From positions 252,712,001 to 252,776,000 of the forward strand of contig OZ024743.1 of assembly GCA_964016885.1 (NCBI GenBank): 64,000 nt of DNA, in the 5' to 3' direction. Positions 53,519-64,000 of this stretch are shown one piece after another. Origin of the DNA: Eledone cirrhosa. Its lineage: Eukaryota. The notes beneath the pieces were generated by a model, which was not told the DNA's origin, did no database searches, and was given only the letters and a program-made list of their open reading frames with translations. Position 1 is the first letter of the stretch. The number at the start of each line of letters is the position of its first letter. A program made the translations under genes and the position numbers.

Positions 53519-55958
53519 ATGGAAAAACAATATTTGGGAACCTCTTTAAAGAACATACCAATACCTTCTAAGGATGACTTCTTACTCCTTATGATTCAAA
53601 AAACTAATAATTTTATCAGAAGGGTTAGATGGAGGGCCTACCACTTCGATAAAAAATCTAAACATGCAGATCGGAAATATATGTATGATTTCAATACTTA
53701 CAAGAATCCACCACACAACTCTTTACTTGAAGACTTTGAGAAAGACCTTTTTAATTTAATTAAACACCTCAAATTTAAAAAGTATAAATCCGTCTTTCAA
53801 AAGGACCTTGATTCTACCCTATTGGACCTAAAAAAGTCTAAAAAAATCCATGTCCACTCGGACAAAACTGGTAACTTGTATCACATGGATATTGAACATT
53901 ATAATGAGTTCATATATAAAGAACTCAGGAAAAATTATAAAAAATCTAATAATGCGTCACTCACCAACATCAACAACAAAACACACAACATAGTAAAAAA
54001 ACTAAACATTGAAGATAGAACTGAACCTTTGGCATTGAAAAGACCACACTTCAACCTGAAGGATCATAAATCAAACTTTAACTCAAATCCTTCTATAAGA
54101 CTTATATGTCCCTCCAAATCAGATATTGGAATAATTAGCAAAAAAATTTTGGATAGAGTCATCCCACAAATAAGAAAACACGTTATTTTACCACTCTGGG
54201 AAAACACCTCCCAGGTAATTAACTGGTTTAAAAATATTAGATGTAAATCTTCTGCTTCATTTCTACAATTTGATATAGATAATTACTATTCTTCTATATC
54301 ACCTATACTCCTGAACAAAGCATTGATATTTGCTAAAAATAGATCTAACTTAACTTTGGATGACATTAATATTATTACACATGCTAGACTAACACTTATT
54401 GAATTTCAGAATGAATACTGGACCAGAAACACATATAGTAATCTATTTGATATTACTATGGGTTCAAGCGATTCCGCCCAAATTACTGATCTTGTGGGCC
54501 TCTTTCTCCTTTTCAACATAAATGCCTCCTTTCCCCACCTTAAAGGTGGTTTATATCGTGATGACTGTCTTCTTCTTTCTAACAACCTTAGCCTTTCAGA
54601 AATAGAAAAAAACAAAAAACATATTAGAACTTTCCTTAAAGAATATTATAATCTTCATATTACTTTTGAAAAAACAAGTAAAGTAGTAAATTTCCTAGAT
54701 ATAACTTTAGATTTAGCTACGGGTATCTACCAACCTTACCATAAACCAAACCAAAACTTACATTACATACATTCACAATCTAATCACCCTAAATCTATCC
54801 TTAAAAACCTTGCATATAATATATCACTTAGAATTTCTAACCTTTCTTCTAACCAAGATGTATTTGATAAAAATGCGACCTTCTATAACGAAGCTCTAGA
54901 TAGAAGTGGCCACAAAAATAGATTAGAATATATACCTTCTACTAAAAATACTAAAAACATACAACCTAATATTACCAACAAACACCAAATGAAAAGTACA
55001 CACCTAAATGCCACCCACACTATACCCCAAAATACCAAATCTTCTAATATAAAATATAGTAACTCTCAAAAAACTACTCATCATACAACTCTAATAAATA
55101 TTAATAATAAAACTCCTAATAAAAAAGATAAAACACCTAAATCTACAAATATAACTAAAAATGGTTGTGGTGAGATCATTAACATTAATCCTCCTAGTAA
55201 ACATCACGATACAACCTATAAAAATAATAAAAACAATAAACAACATAGAAACCGTAATAGACGGGTTACTTCGTAATGCTCCATTTAATTTACAAATTAA
55301 GGATAATATTGCTAAAAAATTTTTTTATATCCTAGAGAAAAACTTCCCGCCAAACCACAAATACCATCAAATCTTAAATAGGTCTACAGTTAAATTCTCA
55401 TACTCAACAACAAATAACATAAAACAAAATATAAGTGCCTATAATGCATATAAATGTAAGAAAACCATAAGTATACCACCAATACATCAAACTAACCATA
55501 ATATCTCCTCAAATACAGAATTAACGAAAGGTTGTAACTGTAGAAACAAAGCAAACTGCCCATTAAAAGGGAATTGTCTTGTTAACAACATAGTCTATAA
55601 ATGTAATGTTAAAACTAAAGATTCTATTTGCTCATATATAGGAGCTACTTCTAACAATTTTAAGACAAGGTTTAATACCCACAAGCATAGTTTTAAAAAT
55701 GCCGCACTGGCTAATACAACATCTCTAGCAGAAAAAATCAATAGTTATAAAAATAGGAATATAGAATATGATTTGACCTGGAGTGTGCTCAAAAGAGCCA
55801 CCCCTTATCAAAATAATAGAAATGAATGTAGATTATGTTCCCAAGAACTATTTGAAATAATGAAATCTAAGGATATCCTATTAAATAAACGACAGGAATT
55901 AATTATATCGTGTAATCATAAACTAAAAAAAACATTTAAATATTATAAACCCAATTAA
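53519..55958 (+). pseudogene. PLE RT-GIY-YIG ORF (~810 aa) with a single frameshift near 55270
   Basis: SLKNIPIP, DKTGNLY, LKDHK, RLICPSKSDIG, FDIDNYYSSI, MGSSDSAQ, GLYRDD, CxCx5CP, YIGAT, CRLC and CNHK motifs. The sister copy reads ACT TGG TAT AAT where this copy has ACTTCGTAAT (2-nt loss). Confidence 0.95.
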
Positions 55959-57149
55959 TAACATTATTTTAGAAATTAATATATAATTTAATTTAAATGT
56001 TAGTTAACCTATAAATTTAATTTAATTAAAATTCTACTACAGATGAGAATATAAAATATTGTGTAATCATAAATTGTGAAAAACCTTTAAATATTACTAA
56101 TATATACTTAGTAATTTAATTTATAGATTAATTTTAATTTATTTAACCCTTTATTAAAATTCCTTTACAGATAAAATATAACAAAATATCGTGTATTCAA
56201 TGACAGAGAAATAATTTTTAGTATTATAGACCTAATTAATATACATTTTAGAAATATATTTATAATTTGGTTTTAAATTTAGTCAACCTAAAAATTTAAT
56301 TTAATTGGCTTAAAATTAGTATCCTAATACAGACGGATTGCAGAATGTCATGTAATCATAGAATGGGATGTGTTTTGGATGTATACCTAGTTAATATATT
56401 CTTTGCAATTTTTGAAAAAATATGTATATGTATGTATGTATATGTATGTGTATGTATGTATATATATGTGTATATATATATATGTATATATATGTATATG
56501 TATATGTATTAATTTTGATTTCTGTTTGCATATAATTATATTCTGCTATTGATAAAATACAATATCTGTTTTATTTATTATATACCTAATTAACATATAC
56601 TATAGAAATTAATATATAATTTTTAATTTAGTTAACCTATAATTTATATTCTACTACCGATGTAATACTTGATTGGTTTTTCCCTATTACTAAATTCATT
56701 TCCTAATATTGATACCATAACGTTAATAATTTTAATTTAGTTATACTATAATTAATACTCTACTACTATTTAACTTCAAAATTCTGCTTCAAATATTATA
56801 AACATAATTAATTTACACCTTAGAAATCAATATGTTAACTATCCTTAGTTTAGTTAACCTATAATTAATGGTATACTTATATTGAAATGCATAATTTTGC
56901 CTTATTTCTTGCATTTCCTAACACTGAAACTATGTAAAAACATATATTGAGATCCAAATACAGATTAATATTCTATGTTTCTTGAAACATATATTCACTA
57001 TAATCCCCTTCTCCACCCCCCCTTTCCCCCATACTATTATTATCTGTATTTGTAGGCGTGTATGTATGAATATATATGTAGGTAGGTGTATATATGTTTG
57101 GGTGTTTATATCTGAGTATAAAAATACATATATGCGCATGCAAATAAGG

Positions 57150-57158
57150 ATGTATGGT

Positions 57159-57224
<66 letters not shown>

Positions 57225-57240
57225 TGTATATATATGTGTA

Positions 57241-57277
<37 letters not shown>

Positions 57278-58297
57278 ATATATGTATATGTGTGTGTGGG
57301 CGTGTATGTGTGTGTGTATATATATGTGTGTATGTATGTGTGTGTATATATGTGTATGTATATGTATGTCTCTCTATATGTATGTGTATCTTCGTATCTA
57401 TGTGGATATATGTGTGTATGTACATGTATGCACATGTATATGTTTATGTGTATATGTGTGTATGTGTGTATATATGTACGTGTGCGCACACATATATATG
57501 TGAGTGTGTATGTATATGTATATATATGTGTATGTCTATGTATATATATATATTTGTATGTGTATATATATATATTATTTATTATTATAATATAACTTAT
57601 GTGTATATATATATATGTGAAGGTGTGTATGTGTATATATATATATGTAGATATATATGTGTATGTGTGTTTTTGTGTGTGTGTATATATATGTATATAT
57701 GTGTGTATGTATGTGTTTGTATGTGTGTTTATGGTTGTATGTGTGTGTAGGTATATATATATATATATATATGTATGTATATATATATATATGTGTATAT
57801 ATATCTCTTTTTATGTGTGTATATATGTATATGTATATACCTTTTTCTTCGTATGTCTGAGTTGTGTGAGAGTGTAGTGGTGTTTGTATGTATATACGCA
57901 TATATGGATGCCTATGTATTTGTATATATGCGTATATGTAAGTGCGTATGTGTGTGTGAATGTATATCTATGTCTATGTATGAGTATGTATGTGTGTGTA
58001 TGTATGTGTGTGTGTATGTATGTATATGTGTATGTGTGTATATATATGTGTGTATATGTATGTATGTATGTGTATGTATGTATGTATATGTGTATATGTA
58101 TGTATATATATATGTATATATATATATATATATATATTTATTATATGTGTGTGTGTGTGTATGTGTGTATATATATCTTTATATATGTGTATGTGTATGT
58201 ATGTGTAGGTGTGTGTGTGCGTGTGACTATATATGTATGTGTGTATATGTGTATGTATGTGTGTGTATGTGTGTGTACATATATGTATATATATGTA

Positions 58298-58358
<61 letters not shown>

Positions 58359-58839
58359 GTATGTGTATGTGTATCTCTATTTATATGTGTATATGTGTAT
58401 ATGTATATACCTTTTTCTTTGTATGTCTGAGTTGTGTGAGAGTGTAGTGGTGTTTGTATGTATATACGGATATATGGATGCGTATGTATTTGTATATATG
58501 CATATATGTAAGTGCGTATGTGTGTGTGAATATATATCTATGTCTATGTATGAGTATGTATGTGTGTGTATGTATGTGTGTGTGTGTGTATGTATGTATG
58601 AATGTCTGTATGTATATATGTGTGTATATATATGTATGTATGTGTATGTCTGTATGTATATAAGTATGTATGTATATGTATATGTGCGTGTATATATATA
58701 TATATGTGTGTGTATATATGTGTGTGTGTATATATGTGTATATATGTGTGTATATATATATATGTATGTGTGTATGTGTGTATATTTATATGTATATGTT
58801 TATATATGTGTGTGTGTGTGTGTGTTGTATGTGTAGATG

Positions 58840-58870
<31 letters not shown>
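57150..58870. repeat. Compound (TA/TG/TATG)n tract inside the PLE 3' UTR (inverted copy at 50885-52710)
   Basis: Anchors such as CTTTTTCTT.GTATGTCTGAGTTGTGTGAGAGTGTAGTGG recur ~570 bp apart and in the inverted arm. Confidence 0.92.
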
Positions 58871-58872
<2 letters not shown>

Positions 58873-59831
58873 TTTCTTGATATATTTCTTTTTTCTTTTC
58901 TCTTTTTCTTTTCTTTTCTTTTTATTTCTAAATTTATAGATACATCTATAAATAAGCAGTCTGCCGAAACCGTTGAATACTGACCTCTCCCCCCCTCCCA
59001 CCTAATTTCTGTATCTTGATCTAAATGTGTGTTGCAGTGTTTATGAGCGTGCATTAATATCCATATGCTTATGATAATACTATATCCACATATATATGTG
59101 TGTGGGTGTGTGTGTGTGTGTGTATGTTCGTAGTTATGTGTATGTTTATGCATATGCGCGCGTGTGTGTGTGAGTGTACGGATATGTGTGAGTATGTGAA
59201 TATGTGTATACTTTTATTTCATATTTATGTGTCTATACGCATTTTATCTGTGGATTATAAACTTACAGAGATATTAGCCTTGAATTTTTGTATTTGCATA
59301 CATCTTTTTGGCATGCGTATGCATATGAGCATATATCTTTGTATAAATATGTGTACGAATTTAATTGCATGTATATACACACACCAAACTGCATAAAATT
59401 TTTTGTATTTTCATTGGTCAATTTGAACTCCGTTCCCAAACGGACCTGAAATTTTGAATTGTTGTTATTATCAATAAATATATTTCATTATTTCTGAAGA
59501 CGGCATATATGTGTGTTTGGTATGTATATTTAATCTTGATAGTTTGTATAATTTTGTATAATTTTGTACATAGATCTGTTGAATATACATGCCAATTCTA
59601 ACACATATATATCCTAGAAACGATCGTTAAATAATGAACTTTTTTTGTTTAATATAAGGAACTGTTTCATTGTTTTATTCATTATTTTTTAATATTTTAT
59701 CTTGACTCTGTATTCCGTTTATCTTTCACCGAAAGTGATTTTTCATTGCATCTCTTCTTTCCATGATATCCGGACTACATTGAGTTCTCCATACGGATTG
59801 GACACTACCGTAAACTCTTGGTAGATTTATC

Positions 59832-59916
<85 letters not shown>

Positions 59917-59981
59917 TTATATATATACTTATATATATATATACTTATATATATACTTATATATATATATATACTTATATG

Positions 59982-60024
<43 letters not shown>

Positions 60025-60029
60025 ATTTC

Positions 60030-61973
60030 AGGTTATCAATAATGTAGTGATAATATATCGCCACGTTAGAGATGAACAGCGTACGTGTAGGTTTGCTCAA
60101 CGAGTATAAATTATATTCCGGAGAAAATGTAGAAAGCTTTTTAAGGAACTAGGATTAAATATTACATTTGAATATAACCTCAAAGAGGTTAATTTCCTCG
60201 ATGTTACTTTGAATCTCAATACAGAAACGATTAAACCGTTCCATAAACTAAATGAGAACCTTAAATATGTAAATATGAGTTCTAACCATCCACCCTCTAT
60301 TATTAAATCCATCCCTAGAAATATTTCCCTTAGAATCTCCCGCCTGTCGTCCAACCAGCAAACCTTCAAAGAACATGCCGAATATTATGATGATGCACTT
60401 AGGAAGGCTGGACACCTAGATAATATAGAGTATATAGTCGACGATCACCAAAACACCCAACATAAATCTCATAGAGGTAGAAATAGCATAGAATCACTAC
60501 CATACATACACTACCGCAATAGACACACTAATAGTCGCACACCACCAAACAGAAGGCGGTGTAAAGAGTATATATGGTACAACCTGGTCTATAACAACTC
60601 TATTAAAACCAATCTACCCTCACAATTCTTTCGATTAGTTAAAAAACACTTTCCAACATCACATAAATATAATAAAATCTTAAACCCTAACACTATTCGA
60701 CTTTCATATTCAACCGCCCCTAATATTGAACAACATATAAAAAAAGCTTAACGCAAAACGGTTGTATAAACGCCTTCCAACACATAACAATACACGTAAA
60801 ACATCAGCTATAACATCACAAAACAACAAAAAACATCCCGTCCTGCCTAAGCAACCTCATCAACCCATCCATGCCAATACAACAACGCAAAATTATAACT
60901 GTAACTGTGTCCAACCAGGAATGTGTCCGTTGAACAATCAGTGTCTTGAACGCAACATCATATACAAATGTACTATCGAATCGGATAGACAGAAGTGTTA
61001 CTATGTGGGTCTACAGCCACCTCCTTCAAATCTCGCCTTTATAGACATCGTTACTCGATAAAACATGAAAACCAGCGTTATGTAACAACACTCGCAGACA
61101 AGGCTTGGCAGCTGCGCGAAAATAACCAACAATTTAACCTAAAATGGGATATAATAGCAGCTGCCCCTCCATATACCCACGGACAAGAATTTAGTAAATT
61201 GTGTAATGTGGAATTATTTTGTATTATGAAATCCAAAAATATTTTATTAAATAACAGAATAGAGCGATCGTTATACTGTAACCATCGCTTCAAATCTACA
61301 TTTTCATATTACAAACACTACCAGGATTGAACGCCTGTCTCCATCTCCGTTTGATTGTCAAAATACATATTAACATTCTCTATTAGTCTTAATTCTATCA
61401 ACTCTTCTATTATTTACCATTTAATATAAACTGCTATAGATAAAATGAGATTTCTTAATTTAATTCCCTAATGCATATACCAGCAGGCTACCAGCATTGT
61501 TGTTATTCAGTAGTAGTGAAAATCTCCCTCTTCCTTAATTGACACTTTATAATTAATACTACTACACCAAACGGCCAGCCCTGTCCATTGTTCAATTGGT
61601 CAAGTATAGATTAAAATAGGCACTCCCAAAAATTCTTATTTAGATAAAATAAACCATATACCATTGTATTCTCATTAGAAACCCTTTATATACTTGTTTA
61701 CCAGTAAATTGAATTGCCATCTGTCATATACTATCCCCTCTCTTCTTCCTTTATTACAACTAATATAAATACTTCAATTTTTCTGATTTTTTCCAATTTA
61801 TCCAATATCTCTGAAGAAGTGACAACTGATTATACATTTGCTATCGAATACTTGCTAACATTATATGATTACGCAAGCAGCGATACATAGGTATTCTGTC
61901 TGTTACAGAAACATATGTCAATACCTAATAAATTCCTTTTAAAAAAAAAACACTTTCATTTTAAATTCACCTT

Positions 61974-61977
<4 letters not shown>
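60030..61977 (+). mobile_element. 5'-truncated Naiad-like PLE (fourth family) between (TA)n tracts
   Basis: VNFLDVTLNL, PFHKLNE, SNHPP, IWYN, IRLSYS, CNCVQPGMCPLNNQC, IIYKC..YYVG and YCNHR motifs, frameshifted. Confidence 0.92.
61806..61923 (+). ncRNA. Hammerhead motif with 90-nt helix II region
   Basis: CTGAAGA A GTGACA...TGTTAC A GAAA CATATG TC. Helix III is palindromic; helix I is weak. Confidence 0.6.
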
Positions 61978-62064
<87 letters not shown>

Positions 62065-62065
<1 letters not shown>

Positions 62066-62237
62066 TTATCCCAGGTTCAATCGGGGGTAACCTCAGTAAC
62101 TAAGGTATTCAATGCATAGCAGTGTATAAATATTTAATATAGAAATGGCTTTTACAGGACTAGAAATGTTTCATGCGGGAGAAATCATCAAGGCTTCTTG
62201 AAAGAGTTCTAGTGCTGTAGAAGCCATTTCTATATTA
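62065..62237. mobile_element. Head-to-head HHR mini-element, third copy
   Basis: Colinear with 47831-48019. The right arm has a TGA-to-TGA deletion of helix II. Confidence 0.75.
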
Positions 62238-62242
62238 GACCA

Positions 62243-64000
62243 TTATCATCATCATCACCGTTTTACGTCTGTTCTTCCACGCTAGCATGGGTTAGACGGG
62301 TTGTCCTGTTGTGGGTAGTAACCTGACCATACGGGAACTGATTCTGGCTTGATTTCTCCAGCTGGATACCGTTCCTAACACCAACCTCATTTACAGTGAG
62401 TGCTGGGTGCTTTTTTGCCGTGGCACCTCCACGACCACTTTGCAGTGGGAGGGTGTCGGGTAAGGTCGGAGCTTTTATCACCTCATCCCAGATCTCCTTG
62501 GGTCTCCTCATTCCGCGGTTTCCATCGACTTCTAGTGCTCTGCACCTTTTTATGCAGCTTTCATCCTTCATACGCATCACATGTCCATACCAACGCGAGG
62601 TCCTCTCCTGCACACAGCATTTGATTCCTCTTATGCTCAGTCTCGCTCTCAATTCGTTTATGCTTTGCCGTTCGCATATATTACTATTACACATCCATCG
62701 GAGCATGCAAGATTCGTTTCTTTCTAATCTACGCACGTCTGCTTCAGACAGTGCCCAGGTCTCCCTACCATGTAACATTGCATCATACAGTCTTCCCTTC
62801 ATTTTGAGGGAAAAGCTTTTTGCAGCTAGCAGTGGCATTAGCTCCCTGATCTTCTTCCATACCGTTCTTACCCTAGTTATTGTACTTTCCGAACACCCAC
62901 CTCCGCTGCTAATTCAGTCAACTAGGTAGCAGAAGCTGCCTACTGTTTCTACAGAGCCCTCCCAGAGTTTGGGGGTGCTTGTTTCCTGTGGCTGTCTGCT
63001 GCTTGCTGTCCCAGCACAGCTGCTACATGTGAAACCTACATTCTTAGTTAAGCTTCCTGAGATCCCACTACATCTCTTGTGTACCCATTGTTTGCATTTG
63101 GGGCAGAGAATGGAGTTCCTACCTACACCTATCCTACATACTGAGCAAGGCCATTTCCCTGAGGGGATCTGGGTTCTGTTTTCTCGTCTACTTACAAAGA
63201 CCTTAGTCTTTGTCAGGTTGACGTTGAGACCCTTTCTTTCTAGTCCCTGCTTCCAAGTTTGGAATTTCTTCTCTAGTTCTACCATAGATTCAGCTATAAG
63301 TGATAGGTCATCCTCATACAGGAGTTCCATGGGCATCCGGTCGTAAACTCCTTCGTTATTGTCTGCAGAACTATGATGAACAGGATAGGGCTAAGAACAG
63401 AGCCCTGGTGGACACCGACCTGTCTGCTAAATTCCTCACTATATTCATTGCTAATCCTAACTTTGCTGACTGCTCCCCTATACATGGCTTGTACATCTTC
63501 CACAAGCCATTCATCTACTCCTAGTTTTCTAAGAACCCACCATATTATAGCACGGGGTACTCTGTCAAAGCCTTCTCAAGATTGACAAATGCCATGTAGA
63601 GCGGTTTACTTTTAGCTAGGTACTTTTCCTGTAACTGCCTCACAAGGAAGAGGGCATCAGTGGTGCCTTTTCCTGGCACAACCGAAATTGCATCTCATCT
63701 AGTTTCACCCGGTCCCTAATCAATTGTGCTATAATTCTTTCTGTTACTTTCATGACCTGGTCCATCAGCTTTATACCTCTATAGTTTCCTCTATCTAGTG
63801 CATCACCTTTACCCTTGTAGCAGTTGACAATGATGCTGTTGCACCAATCCTTTGGTATGACACCTTCTAGTATTACCTGGTTAACAATACGTGTGGTTAT
63901 TTTGTGACCTACCGACCCAGATGCCTTCAATATCTCGGCAACTATATCCGATGGACCGGTTCCCTTCCCCCGTTTTCATATCTGTGATTACTTTACTTAC
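62243..64000 (-). mobile_element. RTE LINE (RT and 3' UTR), continues beyond the window
   Basis: YKGKGDALDRGNYRGIKL, GVHQGSVLSP, LLYEDDL, a zinc-finger-like WPCSVC...CPKCKQWVHKRC insert, WYGHVMR, and a (TGA)n tail. Confidence 0.95.

Larger units (their letters stand above)
50102..59836 (+). mobile_element. Near-complete Naiad-like PLE: inverted 3' copy, 5' pLTR, ORF, long microsatellite-rich 3' UTR, 3' pLTR
   Basis: 50102-52810 is the reverse complement of ~57060-59700. 52837-53367 is a direct repeat of 59306-59836. (TA)n lies on both flanks. Confidence 0.95.

Noticed and set aside
55500-55958. Selenoprotein-type Naiad (in-frame UGA at conserved Cys plus SECIS)
   Set aside because: The conserved Cys positions in the Naiad-like copies are ordinary sense codons, and no in-frame TGA was seen there. 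The TGA at ~32336 replaces Arg in one pLTR copy only.
50797-59396. Many long Y/I/H/T/C/V/M-rich ORFs (also at 4361, 5369, 8167, 11787, 29426, 38740)
   Set aside because: They are translations of TA/CA/TG simple repeats that lack stop codons, with no protein motifs.

Overview
AT-rich animal genomic DNA with many (TA)n microsatellites. The repeat content is consistent with a cephalopod or other mollusc (inference). No host gene can be supported; the window is a dense nest of transposable elements. Penelope-like retroelements (PLEs; RT plus GIY-YIG) dominate. There is a near-complete Neptune-like copy (30156-37198) and a near-complete Naiad-like copy (50102-59836), each with a tandem pseudo-LTR and an inverted 3' copy. 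There are also several 5'-truncated PLEs and non-coding fold-back derivatives, almost all bounded by (TA)n. RTE, CR1, CRE-like and Dong/R4-like LINE fragments, two tRNA-derived SINE families and an internally deleted mariner are also present. The main unexplained structure is RNA-level. By eye there are about 15 distinct type I hammerhead-ribozyme (HHR) motif families. Several have greatly extended helix II regions (up to about 116 nt, with structure conserved between subfamilies). One family has a fixed CAGAAGA core. There are tiny non-coding HHR elements and near-perfect palindromes that fold back at an HHR helix II. Clade names and ribozyme activity are inferred from motifs, not from database searches or assays.
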